Notes under the pieces: model-generated | What the model was told of the DNA's origin: nothing | What the model saw: the letters and a program-made list of their open reading frames with translations, nothing else | Databases searched by the model: none | Made by a program: the position numbers and the translations under genes | Assembly (NCBI GenBank): GCA_963807385.1 | Contig: CAWEBQ010000003.1 | Location: 718,426-782,425, forward strand | From: an uncultured Solirubrobacterales bacterium | GTDB lineage: Bacteria > Actinomycetota > Thermoleophilia > Solirubrobacterales > 70-9 | Direction: 5' to 3' | Length of the DNA: 64,000 nucleotides | Shown here: positions 7,614-19,163 of the stretch, in pieces | Layout: each line of letters opens with the position of its first letter | Numbering within the stretch: the first letter of the stretch is position 1

Positions 7614-10475
7614 CTACCCGCCCGGGGCGAGGGCGGCCGGGAGCTCCTGGCGCGAGCCGATATCCAGCTTGCGGTAGCTGCTCGTCAGGTGCACCTCCAC
7701 GGTCCGGACCGTCACGAACAGCGCCTGCGCGATCTCACGGTTGGTCAGCCCGTCGGCGGCCATGCGGACGACGCGAAGCTCGCTGGGGGTGAGCGCATCC
7801 ACGCCCGTGCGCATCATCCGCCGAGGTCGCGCCCCGGTCGCGACCAGCTCCTCGCGTGCACGCTCGGCCAGGGGCCGCGCTCCGCATCGGTGCGCCAGCT
7901 CCATCCCGGCTGCGAGTGGCTCCCGCGACTCCTGGCGGCTGCCGGCACGCCGAAGCGCCGCGCCGAGGTCGACGAGCGAACGCGCGTGCTCCAGCGACGC
8001 ACCGCTCCCCTCCAACACCTTCACGGCATCGCGCAGCCGCCCTGCCCCCTCCGGTCCGCCGGTAGCGAGGCCTAGCGCGCGCAGCGCCATGCCGACGGCG
8101 CGCGGCGCGCCCCAGGCCTCGGCGAGGGCAAGCTCCTGCGCAGCGGCGGCTTGGGCGGCCTCCGCGTCCCCCAGCGCCAGGTGTGCCTCCGCCATCAGCC
8201 CGCGGTGGAAGAACCAGGCAGGGTTCCGCCCCCTGCCCGGCCCCTCGCGCCTGTCCAGCTCCCTGAGATCGTCGAGCGCCGACTTCGGGCTCGACTGCGC
8301 CAGCCGAAGCCGGGCGCGGCTCGCAAGCGGGAAGTCATGCATCAGGATCCGCTCGAGATCGCCTGAGAGCCCGGCGGCGTCGAGCTCCTCCTCCGCCGCC
8401 TCTACCTCCCCGCGCTCCACCAGGGCGTCGATCAGCCAGCCACCCGCCATCTGGCGCACGATCCAGAGCGGCGCCGCGGCCTCGATCGATGTCCGGGCCT
8501 CTGCCTCCGCGTCGGCGAGGGCCCCCTGGCGAAACGACAGCGTCGCCAGGAAGGCCGACCCCCGCGCAACCCCCAGACGCGAGCCGCGCCGGCGAGCCTC
8601 GCGAATCGTGGCCACCAGCGCTCGCCTGGCCTCGTCGTATCTGTCGGCGAGGATCAGCGGGAACGGGGCGTTGAAGAGGACGTGCGCATCGGGACCCTGG
8701 TCCGCCAGCAGCCCGCCGTCCAGCGCTCGCGCTGCCCCGTCGGCCACGGGGTCCGCCCTCGACCCGCCAAAGGCCTGGGCGAAGGACACGGTCGCCAGCA
8801 GCGCGCGCTCGCCCGCGGTTCGCGCATCGCGGACCTCGTCCTCCCACCGTAGGATTCGTGCGAGCGCACCGTCCACCGTGCCCACGGATAAGAGTCCCTC
8901 GGTAGCGATCTCGGCCTCGACCTGAAGCGCCAGCTCGCGGTCGGCATCGCCCAGCTGGTCGACCGCTCGCTCGAGTACCTGCATCGCCTCCTCGTAGCGG
9001 CCCGACGGGACCATGCCGAAGGACAGCTCGCGCGCCACCTCGGCGTAGGCGGGGCCCGCCGGGACCAGCTCGAGCGCCTCGGCGAGGTGCTCGAGGCCGG
9101 CGGGCTCGCCTATTCGCAGCTCGCTCGAGCCCAGCTCGTGAAGCAGCTCGGCCCTCCGCTCCCCGTCTACGGGTTCGCGCAGAGCGCGCGTCAGGTACCT
9201 GACGGTCACGTCCGGCGCGCCGCGATTCAGGGCGGCGCGGCCGGCGCGCTGAAGCTGGCCGGCCGCGTCCTCGATCGCACCGGGCTCCGCCGACAGCAGC
9301 TGGATCGCGATTCGCTCCGCCTCGACGCCCGCCGCCTTGAGGATGGCGGCGGCGCGCCCGTGGACCAAGGCCCGGCGGCCGGACGGGATCAGGCCCAGCG
9401 CCCCCTCGGCGATGAGGGGATGAGTGAACTCCAGCGGACGCGAGGTGGCGAGGATCTCCGCCGCGGTGAGCATGTCCGCGGCGTCCGCCGCCGTTGTGTC
9501 GTCGAGATCCGCGAGACGCGCAGCGTGCGGCAGCTCGACCGCCGAGCCCAGAACCGCCACCGCCTCGGCGAGCGCCGACGCCTCGCGTGGAAGCGCATCC
9601 AGCCGTCGCGCTATCGCCCGGGAGACCGCCTCTCGCCCCAACTCCCGCGCGGCGCCGGCTTCGGTGGCCCCCGGAGCGACTCCTCGCTCCCTGAGGGTCG
9701 TCAGGAGGATGGCCAGGACGAACGGGTTTCCGCCGGTGGTCTCGTGGCATGCCCGCGTGAAGCCCTGGTCCGGTGAAGCGCCCAGGCCCCGCTCGACGAG
9801 GGTGGCCGTGGCGGCGGCGGTCAACGGCGCGAGCTTCAGCTGGCGCGCCTCGCCCGCGGTCGCACGCACGAGCCGCCGCGAGCTACCTGGATCGCCGGTC
9901 CTGAGCGCGACCAGCATGAGCAGCGGAAGCTCATCCACGCGGCGTGCGAGATAGGCGAGGAACTGGAGCGAGGGCTCGTCGCACCACTGGACGTCGTCCA
10001 CGACGACGACGAGGGGCCCGCGACTCGCCAGGTTCGCCGTCAACCAGTAGAGGCCGTGAACGGCAGCGAAAGCCGGCTCGGACGAGCCTCCCGGCGCGAG
10101 TCGCCCGTCATCGTGGGCGATACCGAGTAGGGGTCCGGCCAAGGCCGCTGCGCCGTCGAGCACCTCCGCTTGCTCCGCCGTCAAGAGCGCCCGCACCTTG
10201 GCCTCGAACAGCTGCCGAACGACGCCCATCCCGAACTCCTGCTCAAACTGACCCGCGCGGGCTGAGACAACCTCGAGCTGCTGATCACGGGCGATCCCGG
10301 CGGCCGTCTCCACCAGCCGGGTCTTGCCGCTGCCCGCCGGTCCGGCCACGGTGAGGACCGAACCGGCCCCGCGCACGGCGGCCCCAACCCGCTCCTCGAT
10401 CTCGGCCAGCTCCCGGTCACGTTCGAGCAGAGTGGGCTCTCCTCGCCCGTTCGCCACGCTGGCCACGCTCGTCAT
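7614..10475 (-). CDS. LuxR-family (LAL-type) transcriptional regulator: AAA+ ATPase, helical repeats and a C-terminal HTH
   Basis: 953 aa. Walker A is VAGPAGSGKTRL and Walker B is LVVVVDDVQW. The C-terminal LuxR HTH reads LTPSELRVVRMAADGLTNREIAQALFVTVRTVEVHLTSSYRKLDI. Confidence 0.9.
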   Translation of the reverse strand: MTSVASVANGRGEPTLLERDRELAEIEERVGAAVRGAGSVLTVAGPAGSGKTRLVETAAGIARDQQLEVVSARAGQFEQEFGMGVVRQLFEAKVRALLTAEQAEVLDGAAALAGPLLGIAHDDGRLAPGGSSEPAFAAVHGLYWLTANLASRGPLVVVVDDVQWCDEPSLQFLAYLARRVDELPLLMLVALRTGDPGSSRRLVRATAGEARQLKLAPLTAAATATLVERGLGASPDQGFTRACHETTGGNPFVLAILLTTLRERGVAPGATEAGAARELGREAVSRAIARRLDALPREASALAEAVAVLGSAVELPHAARLADLDDTTAADAADMLTAAEILATSRPLEFTHPLIAEGALGLIPSGRRALVHGRAAAILKAAGVEAERIAIQLLSAEPGAIEDAAGQLQRAGRAALNRGAPDVTVRYLTRALREPVDGERRAELLHELGSSELRIGEPAGLEHLAEALELVPAGPAYAEVARELSFGMVPSGRYEEAMQVLERAVDQLGDADRELALQVEAEIATEGLLSVGTVDGALARILRWEDEVRDARTAGERALLATVSFAQAFGGSRADPVADGAARALDGGLLADQGPDAHVLFNAPFPLILADRYDEARRALVATIREARRRGSRLGVARGSAFLATLSFRQGALADAEAEARTSIEAAAPLWIVRQMAGGWLIDALVERGEVEAAEEELDAAGLSGDLERILMHDFPLASRARLRLAQSSPKSALDDLRELDRREGPGRGRNPAWFFHRGLMAEAHLALGDAEAAQAAAAQELALAEAWGAPRAVGMALRALGLATGGPEGAGRLRDAVKVLEGSGASLEHARSLVDLGAALRRAGSRQESREPLAAGMELAHRCGARPLAERAREELVATGARPRRMMRTGVDALTPSELRVVRMAADGLTNREIAQALFVTVRTVEVHLTSSYRKLDIGSRQELPAALAPGG

Positions 10476-10579
10476 CTTGATCCTTCGGTACCCCCGAACA
10501 AAGTCTACGGGGGGTCACACGACGCGAAGCCTTCCCCCGTCACGGACGATCCGGTCGATCCGACCAGGAGGAGCGTCCG

Positions 10580-11560
10580 ATGAACGATGACCACCAGACC
10601 CCTTTCACCGCGATGGCCCAGTGCCAGGTGCCGATCCAGCTTGCGCCGATGGCCGGAGCCGTTAGCGTCGAGCTGAGCCTGGCCGTGATCGCCGCGGGTG
10701 CCCACGCGTCCTTGCCGTGCGTGAATCAGCCCGCGACGATCGTTGCCAGGCAGCTCGACGCGCTCGCGGCGAAGACGACCGCGTTCTCGGCCAACTTCAT
10801 CGCCCCCCTTGCCGATCCCGACGCGCTCGACGCTGCGATCGAGCGCGCGGCCATGGTCGACTTTCACGCGGGACCGCCCAACCCGAGCCTGATCGGGCGG
10901 GTCAGGGACGGCGGCCGCCACGCGGCCTGGCAGGTGGGGAGCGTGGACGACGCACGCGCGGCCGAGGCTGCGGGATGCGACCTGCTGGTCGTCCAGGGGT
11001 CGGAGGCCGGCGGGAGGCTGGCCGGGAACACCCCACTGCTCGCGCTGCTGCCCGAGGTGGTGGATGCGGTCGGTGTTCCCGTGCTCGCGGCGGGCGGCAT
11101 CGCGAAGCCCGCCGATGTCGCGGCCGCGCTCGGCGCCGGCGCCGACGGGGTACGGGTGGGGACCCGCTTCATCGCGTCCTCCGAGTCGGCCGCGCACCCC
11201 GCCTGGATCGAGGCGCTGCTCGCGGCGGCGGAAGAGGACTCCGTGGTCACGACCGCCTTCGTTCGCGACCTCTCTCCTCCGGCGTCGCTGATCCCGCATC
11301 GCGTGCTTCGAAGCTCGATCGACGCCGCGGAGAACGCCACTCGGGAGATCCTCGGCGAGATGGAAATCGGCGGGCGGGTCCGCGAGATCCGCCCCTTCGA
11401 GGCGCCGCCTCCGGACCGCACCTTCCACGGCCACGCCGATGCGATGCCTTTCTACGCCGGCGTGGCGGCCGGGTCGATCAACTCTGTGATGACGGCAGCG
11501 GAGATCGTTGCCGAGCTGGCGGCGGGCATGCCCGCCGGCGAGGAGGCAGTACGCCGATGA
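10580..11560 (+). CDS. Nitronate monooxygenase (NMO / 2-nitropropane dioxygenase-like FMN oxidoreductase)
   Basis: 326 aa with PIQLAPMAGA, LVVQGSEAGGR and VLAAGGIA..ADVAAALGAGADGVRVGTRF, the characteristic NMO TIM-barrel blocks. Confidence 0.8.
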   Translation: MNDDHQTPFTAMAQCQVPIQLAPMAGAVSVELSLAVIAAGAHASLPCVNQPATIVARQLDALAAKTTAFSANFIAPLADPDALDAAIERAAMVDFHAGPPNPSLIGRVRDGGRHAAWQVGSVDDARAAEAAGCDLLVVQGSEAGGRLAGNTPLLALLPEVVDAVGVPVLAAGGIAKPADVAAALGAGADGVRVGTRFIASSESAAHPAWIEALLAAAEEDSVVTTAFVRDLSPPASLIPHRVLRSSIDAAENATREILGEMEIGGRVREIRPFEAPPPDRTFHGHADAMPFYAGVAAGSINSVMTAAEIVAELAAGMPAGEEAVRR

Positions 11561-12063
11561 GGGGCCTGGGCTGGGAGCATGCGAGACAGAACGCGATCGC
11601 CTATCTGGCGCTCCTGATCGCGCTCGGCACCGGGAGCGCCTACGCGGCCGGGCGGATCGGCGCGAGCGACATCAGGCCCAACGCCGTTCGCTCCAAACAC
11701 ATCGCGAGCGGGCAGGTCAGGCCGGGTGACACTGCCTCAGCGCTGGGCCTGAACTGTCCAGACGGGACCGTGCTCGTCGAGGGAGCTTGTATCGAGGCGG
11801 TGGCTCGGGCGGCCGAGGACCACACGGCGGCGGCGAACGCCTGCACGGCCGCGCACGGGCGACTGCCGTCTCCCTCCGAGCTGCAATCGCTCGACGCGAG
11901 GGTGAGCCTGACCGCACAGGAGTGGACGGGCGTGCGCTACGTCGATCTCGACGATGGCTCCTCAGCCGTGATCAGAGTGATCGTGGCGGAGGGGGGCCTG
12001 AGCGGCTCCGACAACGGCATCGTGCCGAGCCCGTTCCGCTGTGTCGTCGCACCCTTGGACTGA
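11557..12063 (+). CDS. Hypothetical membrane-anchored or secreted Cys-containing protein
   Basis: The ATG at 11557 overlaps the NMO stop (ATGA). It has an N-terminal hydrophobic segment (AIAYLALLIALGTGSAYAA). The C-terminal part contains ...ANACTAAHGRLPSPSELQSL..., which is faintly DUF1566/lectin-like (weak). The first part of track ORF 10717..12063 is a shadow. Confidence 0.55.
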   Translation: MRGLGWEHARQNAIAYLALLIALGTGSAYAAGRIGASDIRPNAVRSKHIASGQVRPGDTASALGLNCPDGTVLVEGACIEAVARAAEDHTAAANACTAAHGRLPSPSELQSLDARVSLTAQEWTGVRYVDLDDGSSAVIRVIVAEGGLSGSDNGIVPSPFRCVVAPLD

Positions 12064-12108
12064 CCGGGGCCGAGCATCGGTCAGCCGGACGAATGCACCC
12101 GCCAGACG

Positions 12109-13287
12109 CTACAGCGTGGTGGTCCCGGACGTCTCACTGGCAAGGCCAGCGGCCCGCTCGCCCTTCAGCTGGCGTGCGTTGTCGGCGATGAAGTCCTCGG
12201 TCTGCTGCCGCGCCTCGTCGTCCGGCCGCTGCGTGTGCGGGGACTTCATGAGGTACGAGGACGGGCCATCGAGCTGACCGGCGATGCCGTTGTTGAGCGC
12301 GAGCTTGATCAGCCGCACGGCGTCGATCACGACGCCCGCCGAGTTCGGCGAGTCCCAGACTTCGAGCTTCAGCTCGACCGTCAGCGGCACGTCGCCGAAG
12401 GACTTGCCCTCGAGGCGGATGTGCGCCCACTTGCGGTCGGTGAGCCATGGCACGTAGTCCGAGGGGCCGACGTGGACGTCGTCCTCGGGGAGCTCGGTGC
12501 CCATCACCGAGGTGACGGCGTTCGTCTTCGAGATCTTCTTCGAGTCCAGCCGCTCGCGCTCGAGCATGTTGAAGAAGTCCATGTTGCCGCCCACGTTGAG
12601 CTGTGAGGTGTGCTGCATCTCGACGCCGCGCTCGTGGAAGAGGCGGGCGAGTTGGCGATGGACGATTGTGGCTCCGACCTGCGACTTGATGTCGTCGCCG
12701 ATGATCGGCAGCCCGGCCTCCGTGAAGCGCTTGTCCCAATAGTCCTCGCGGGCGATGAAGACCGGCAGGCAGTTGACGAACCCGACGTCCGCCTTCAGAG
12801 CCTGCTCGACGTACCACTTGGTCGCGTCCTCCGAGCCCACCGGGAGGTAGCAGACGAGGACGTCGGCCTTGGTCTCCTTGAGGATGCCGACGATGTCGGC
12901 GGTCTCCCCCGGCGCCTTCGTGATCCTCTGCTTCAGATATTTGCCGAGGCCGTCGTGGGTCATCCCCCGATGGACCTCGACGCCCATCTCCGGAACGTCG
13001 GCGAACTTGATCGTGTTGTTCTGGCCCGACCAGATCGCCTCGGAGAGGTCCTTGCCCACCTTCTCGGAGTCGATGTCGAACGCGGCGACGAACTCGATGT
13101 CGCGGACGTGGTAGCCACCGAGGTCCACGTGCATGAGGCCCGGGACCTGCTCGGCGGGATCGGCGTCCTTGTAGTACTCGACGCCCTGGATAAAGCTGTT
13201 GGCGCAGTTGCCGACGCCGACGATGGCGACGCGGACCTTGCCGTCGTCGTGCCTGTGGCCGTTGCTGCTGGCCCCGTTTGTACTCAT
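12109..13287 (-). CDS. ino1: myo-Inositol-1-phosphate synthase
   Basis: 392 aa with [42 protein letters not shown] and [16 protein letters not shown], matching bacterial/archaeal MIPS blocks. GAGGAGG lies upstream of the start. Confidence 0.9.
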   Translation of the reverse strand: MSTNGASSNGHRHDDGKVRVAIVGVGNCANSFIQGVEYYKDADPAEQVPGLMHVDLGGYHVRDIEFVAAFDIDSEKVGKDLSEAIWSGQNNTIKFADVPEMGVEVHRGMTHDGLGKYLKQRITKAPGETADIVGILKETKADVLVCYLPVGSEDATKWYVEQALKADVGFVNCLPVFIAREDYWDKRFTEAGLPIIGDDIKSQVGATIVHRQLARLFHERGVEMQHTSQLNVGGNMDFFNMLERERLDSKKISKTNAVTSVMGTELPEDDVHVGPSDYVPWLTDRKWAHIRLEGKSFGDVPLTVELKLEVWDSPNSAGVVIDAVRLIKLALNNGIAGQLDGPSSYLMKSPHTQRPDDEARQQTEDFIADNARQLKGERAAGLASETSGTTTL

Positions 13288-13374
13288 GCGAACGAAGTCC
13301 TCCTCGCGGCGGGTGGAGAGGTAACTATGCCTGACCCCCGGCGCAGTTACAGCGGTGTGGGGCCCAGGGTGAGG

Positions 13375-14019
13375 CTACTCGGCGCCCGTTGCCTCCTGGG
13401 CTTTGAGCTCGCCGCGCACGTGCCAGACGCGCTGGCCGACCGTGAAGGCAGTGAGCACGGCCATCGCGTAGACCGCGGGCTCGAGCAGCTCCACCCCGTC
13501 GATCAGTTCCTCCGCGCCGAAGACGAGCCCCGCCGAGAGGATCACCACGCGCACCGGCCGCGTCGCGATGCCGACCTTGCATTCCACGCCGAGGGCCTCG
13601 GCGCGGGCGCGTGTGTAGGACACCATCAGCGAGCCGAGCACGGCGACGACGCAAGCCGCTGCGGCCACCGAGTCGCCGTTCTCGGCGAAGTAGTAGGCGA
13701 CGGCTGCCAGGACGATGCCCTCCTCGATGCGGTCGAGCGTGGAGTCAAGGAAGGCGCCGAACAGCGTGCCCTTCCCCGACATCCGCGAGTAACGCCCGTC
13801 GAGGGTGTCCATAACCGAGCCGACGATGAACGCGATCCCGCCGAGGAGGAAGTGCTCTCCCACGATGAGGGCGGCGGCGGCGAGGTTCAGCACGAGCCCG
13901 GTCATCGAGATCGCGTTCGGCGTGAGGCGGGACTCGATCAGGCGGTTGCGCGCGTAGACGCGCAGGTCCTGGCCCGACCGGGGACGCGGCCCGGGGCTTG
14001 GTGCCTTGCCTTCCACCAC
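13375..14019 (-). CDS. CDP-alcohol phosphatidyltransferase, probably phosphatidylinositol-phosphate synthase
   Basis: Carries the signature D-x2-DG-x2-AR...G-x3-D-x3-D as DTLDGRYSRMSGKGTLFGAFLDSTLDRIEE. The track ORF extends to 14124. I prefer the GTG at 14019 (or 14016), just after the upstream gene's stop at 14027. The substrate is inferred from adjacency to ino1. Confidence 0.75.
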   Translation of the reverse strand: MVEGKAPSPGPRPRSGQDLRVYARNRLIESRLTPNAISMTGLVLNLAAAALIVGEHFLLGGIAFIVGSVMDTLDGRYSRMSGKGTLFGAFLDSTLDRIEEGIVLAAVAYYFAENGDSVAAAACVVAVLGSLMVSYTRARAEALGVECKVGIATRPVRVVILSAGLVFGAEELIDGVELLEPAVYAMAVLTAFTVGQRVWHVRGELKAQEATGAE

Positions 14020-14026
14020 GCGGACG

Positions 14027-14803
14027 CTACTGCGCGATGGCGGCGTCGTGGCCTCCACGCCACGACCAGTGGCTCGAGCGGAGGCGAGCCAGGCGGTGCG
14101 CGGCGATCGCCGCGGCGCACGCAACGGCTGCTCCGGCGGCCGCGTCGAACCAGAAGTGATTGGCGGTCACGACGATCACGAACAGGACCAGCAGGGGGTA
14201 CGCGGACCAGGCGGCGCGCGCCGCCGCGCCCTGAACGAGCGCCACCGCCGGCGCGGCGACCATCAACGAGAACGCGATGTGCATGCTTGGGACCGCCGCG
14301 TAGGGGTTGACGAGGAAGCTGGCGCTCGAGGAGTCCTGCTCGATCCCCGCGACGGTCGCGATCGTGTCGGTAAACCCCAGCTCTCCGAACATCCTGGGTG
14401 GCGCCGTGGGGAACGCCGCGTAGCCCACGAGGGCCAGGACCATCGCCACCATGAACATGTTGCGCACGAAGTAAAAGTGGTCGTTGCGGCAGAGGTAGAG
14501 CCACGTGAGGAACCCGGCCGTGACCACGAAGTGGGTATTGAAGTAGGCCCAGTTGGCGAGGTCGATCAACCACCTGTGATCGAGCACGGCCTGCTGGAAC
14601 CCGGGCTCGAAGAACGTCCCGAGGGACCGCTCGAGGTCCATGATGCGCTCGGCGTTGGCGAACGCGAGCCCGGAGCGCCCGTCCACGAACCCGCGCACGA
14701 GCTGATAGCCCTGGTAGACGCCCAGGAAGAGCACGACCTGCAGTGCCAGATCGCGCCAGCCGCGCGGAAGGCGCGCGGAGATTGAGGAAAGGCTCCTGCG
14801 CAA
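14027..14803 (-). CDS. PAP2_C / inositol-phosphorylceramide-synthase-like membrane protein (PAP2 superfamily)
   Basis: 258 aa and polytopic. Motifs are NPYAAVPSMHIAFSL and VTANHFWFDAAAG (the S-x-H ... H-x3-D arrangement of the PAP2_C / Aur1-like group). Confidence 0.65.
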   Translation of the reverse strand: MRRSLSSISARLPRGWRDLALQVVLFLGVYQGYQLVRGFVDGRSGLAFANAERIMDLERSLGTFFEPGFQQAVLDHRWLIDLANWAYFNTHFVVTAGFLTWLYLCRNDHFYFVRNMFMVAMVLALVGYAAFPTAPPRMFGELGFTDTIATVAGIEQDSSSASFLVNPYAAVPSMHIAFSLMVAAPAVALVQGAAARAAWSAYPLLVLFVIVVTANHFWFDAAAGAAVACAAAIAAHRLARLRSSHWSWRGGHDAAIAQ

Positions 14804-14859
14804 GGCCTCCGATTCTAGGAGGCGTCGCTCGTCGGCCGGAGCGAACCGGCCTCGAACCT

Positions 14860-15801
14860 ATGCTGGGACCGATGAGCGCGACCGACCGGCCCGCGGGGCC
14901 GATCCTATGCCTGGGCGAGGCGATCGTGGACCTGATCTGCGAGGAGGAGGCGGAGAGCCTCGGCGACGCCTCCGCCTTCCGGCCTCATTTCGGCGGCGCG
15001 CTGGCGAACGTCGCCGTGTCGGCCGCGCGCCACGGGGCTGACGCGGCCCTCGCGGGCGGGGTCGGCGACGACCCCTGGGGGGAGTGGCTGGCGCGCCGGC
15101 TTGCCGCGGAGGGGGTTGACCTGAGCTGGTTCTCGCGGGTTCCGGGGCTCCAGACCCCGGTCGCGTTCGTGGCCTTCGACTCGGAGCGCGAGCCGACGTT
15201 CTCGGTCTACGGCGACGGCATCAGAGCCGGCATCCACTCGGTCGCACCGCGGCTGGCCGAAGCGGTCGGCTCAGCCTCCGCCCTGGTGTTCGGATCGAAC
15301 ACCCTGGTCGGTGAGGCCGAGCGCGAGGTCACCCTGCGGGCGCGGGACCTCGCCATCGCCGGCGGAATCCCCGTGCTGTTCGACCCGAACCTGCGACCGA
15401 ACCGGTGGCAGGACCTCGGGGCGGCGTGGGAGCTGTGCCGCGTGGCGGCGAAGGGAGCCTTCGTGGTCCGGGCGAACCTCGACGAGGCCCGCGGAATCAC
15501 CGGGCTCGGGGATCGGCCGGATCCGGCCGACTGCGCCGAGGCCATGACCGAGCTCGGGGCCAGGATCGCGGTCGTGACGATGGGGGCCGACGGGGCGATC
15601 GCGCGCGGCGAGGCGGATGGCGAGGCCCGGGCTCCGCGGGTGGATGTGGTCAGCCCGCTCGGAGCGGGCGACGCGTTCCTCGGCGCGCTCGCGGCCGAGG
15701 CGGCCAGCGGCGGATGGACTCCCGGGGCCGTGGTTGCCGGGCTCGGGGTGGCCGCTGCGGCGGGGGCCCGGGCCTGTGAGCGCTGGGAGGCCGTCGGTTG
15801 A
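14860..15801 (+). CDS. PfkB-family carbohydrate kinase
   Basis: Contains ILCLGEAIVDLI and the C-terminal GAGDAF motif (VVSPLGAGDAFLGAL). The track ORF starts at 14743; the ATG at 14860 or 14872 is more likely. Confidence 0.8.
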   Translation: MLGPMSATDRPAGPILCLGEAIVDLICEEEAESLGDASAFRPHFGGALANVAVSAARHGADAALAGGVGDDPWGEWLARRLAAEGVDLSWFSRVPGLQTPVAFVAFDSEREPTFSVYGDGIRAGIHSVAPRLAEAVGSASALVFGSNTLVGEAEREVTLRARDLAIAGGIPVLFDPNLRPNRWQDLGAAWELCRVAAKGAFVVRANLDEARGITGLGDRPDPADCAEAMTELGARIAVVTMGADGAIARGEADGEARAPRVDVVSPLGAGDAFLGALAAEAASGGWTPGAVVAGLGVAAAAGARACERWEAVG

Positions 15802-16481
15802 GTCGCGGCTGGACGCGCCCGCGGAGGGCGCGCATCCGGGCGATCAGGGATCGCCTGCGCGAGACCTACGGCCGTCCCGTAAACCAACCGCACGGCCATC
15901 CGATCGCCGAGCTGGTGCGGACGGTCCTCTCCCAGAACACCAGCGATGGCAACCGCGATCGGGCGTTCAACCGGCTGCGCGAACGCTACCCCTCCTGGGA
16001 GGAGGTTCGCGACGCCCCAGCCGATGACGTGATCGAAGCGCTGCGCCCGGGTGGCCTCGCGAACACCAAGGCACCGCGGATACAGCGGATCCTTTCGCAG
16101 CTCGGTGAGCACCCGGACCTCGATTGGACCGAGACGGCCCCCCGGAACGAGGTGATGGAGTTCCTCGTGGGCCTCCCCGGCGTCGGCCGAAAGACCGCGG
16201 CCTGCGTGATGATCTTCACCTGGGATCGCCCGGAGATCCCGGTCGACACGCACGTCTACCGGGTCGGCACGCGGCTCGGCCTGTTCCGGCCCGGCGCCTC
16301 ATTCGACGAGGCCCACGAGGAGATCCTGCGCATGGTCGATCCCGAGGATGCCTACGAGTTCCACATCAACCTGATCCGCCACGGCCGGGCGCTCTGCAAG
16401 GCCCAGCGGCCCCGGTGCGAGGAGTGCCCGCTGGTCCGCATGTGCCCCTACGGGCGGGACCTCCGGTCGGCCGGCCGGTAG
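15798..16481 (+). CDS. nth: Endonuclease III (HhH-GPD DNA glycosylase with an Fe-S cluster)
   Basis: Contains LVGLPGVGRKTAACVM..VDTHVYRV and a C-terminal Cys cluster CKAQRPRCEECPLVRMCP. The TTG start overlaps the kinase stop. Confidence 0.9.
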   Translation: MSRGWTRPRRARIRAIRDRLRETYGRPVNQPHGHPIAELVRTVLSQNTSDGNRDRAFNRLRERYPSWEEVRDAPADDVIEALRPGGLANTKAPRIQRILSQLGEHPDLDWTETAPRNEVMEFLVGLPGVGRKTAACVMIFTWDRPEIPVDTHVYRVGTRLGLFRPGASFDEAHEEILRMVDPEDAYEFHINLIRHGRALCKAQRPRCEECPLVRMCPYGRDLRSAGR

Positions 16482-16487
16482 CTTCCC

Positions 16488-16516
16488 GCGGCACGCGGCG
16501 GCGGTCAGCGTGCCGC
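16488..16516 (+). terminator. Stem-loop just after nth
   Basis: GCGGCACGC (16488-16496) pairs with GCGTGCCGC (16508-16516), a 9-bp perfect stem with an 11-nt loop. No U-tract follows. Confidence 0.35.
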
Positions 16517-16573
16517 AGTTCCCGACCCCCTAGTTACGGCGGCATTAGTATCCGGCGCGCCCCGACTGGCGAG

Positions 16574-17107
16574 ATGGCCGGGGCGTCGCCGACCATGAGC
16601 AAGAACCCGATTCTCATCTTCGCCGCACTAGTCGCCGTCGTGGGCGTGATTGCCTGGCAGGCGTTCGCCAAGGAGGGCAGCGAGGAGGCGGCCGCGGTGC
16701 CGGTCGATTCCGGCGACAAGCGGTCCCAGGAGATCTTCGCCGACAACTGCGGAAGCTGCCACACCCTGGCCGCGGGCGGGACCGACGGCGTGGTGGGCCC
16801 GAACCTCGATGAGATCCTGCCGACTCAGGTGGCGCCGCCCGACGGCACTCCCAAGGAGGTCGCAGAGGCCAACCTGCAGGCCTACGATGGCACCTACGGG
16901 CGCGTCCTCACGGCGGTGGTGTGCGGGCTCGGCGGCCGGATGCCGGCCGGGATCCTCCAGGACTCCGACGCCCAGGACATCGCTGGGTTCGTCGCGGCCT
17001 ACGCGGGTCAGCTGGGCGAGGACCAGGGACCGCTCGTACCCCCGGACGAACGCCAGACGCCGCCGCCCGAGGAATGCACCGGCGCCGCCGGCGCCGCCGC
17101 GAAGTAG
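16574..17107 (+). CDS. Membrane-anchored class I c-type cytochrome
   Basis: Start is the ATG at 16574 (or 16595). It has an N-terminal TM segment ILIFAALVAVVGVIAW, heme motif CGSCH, a distal Met region GGRMPAG and a Pro-rich tail. The upstream part of track ORF 16124..17107 is a shadow. Confidence 0.8.
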   Translation: MAGASPTMSKNPILIFAALVAVVGVIAWQAFAKEGSEEAAAVPVDSGDKRSQEIFADNCGSCHTLAAGGTDGVVGPNLDEILPTQVAPPDGTPKEVAEANLQAYDGTYGRVLTAVVCGLGGRMPAGILQDSDAQDIAGFVAAYAGQLGEDQGPLVPPDERQTPPPEECTGAAGAAAK

Positions 17108-17206
17108 CCACCCCGCCCTGGGGTAGGACCCCACCGCGAACGCATGACTTCCGTGCCTGAGGACCCCCAGGGGTCCGATCGCTCGGATTGGGAGGGGGTT
17201 GGGTAA

Positions 17207-17240
17207 TCTGCTATGTTCCGACTCAGATTTACTTAGGAAC
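17207..17240 (+). promoter_or_regulatory. Candidate HspR operator (HAIR-like) upstream of dnaK
   Basis: TCTGCTA-N7-ACTCAGA (17207-17227) is followed by ACTTAGG, framed by GTTCC...GGAAC (17215-17240). The 9-mer CGACTCAGA (17219-17227) is the reverse complement of TCTGAGTCG found upstream of clpB. The known HAIR consensus is CTTGAGT-N7-ACTCAAG. Confidence 0.35.
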
Positions 17241-17264
17241 CTGAACATAAGGAGCAGCTGAGAC

Positions 17265-19162
<1,898 letters not shown>

Positions 19163-19163
<1 letters not shown>

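Noticed and set aside
10490-10514. ACCCCCG-N11-CGGGGG hairpin in the LuxR/NMO divergent region as a second CsoR box
   Set aside because: The spacer is far longer than in the 38886-38902 element and in known CsoR operators. It is only a 6-bp GC stem and could arise by chance in GC-rich DNA.
17161-17176. GGACCC-CCAG-GGGTCC palindrome after the cytochrome c gene as an intrinsic terminator
   Set aside because: The stem is short, there is no downstream U-tract, and it lies about 50 nt after the stop. It is recorded only as a possible protein-binding palindrome.
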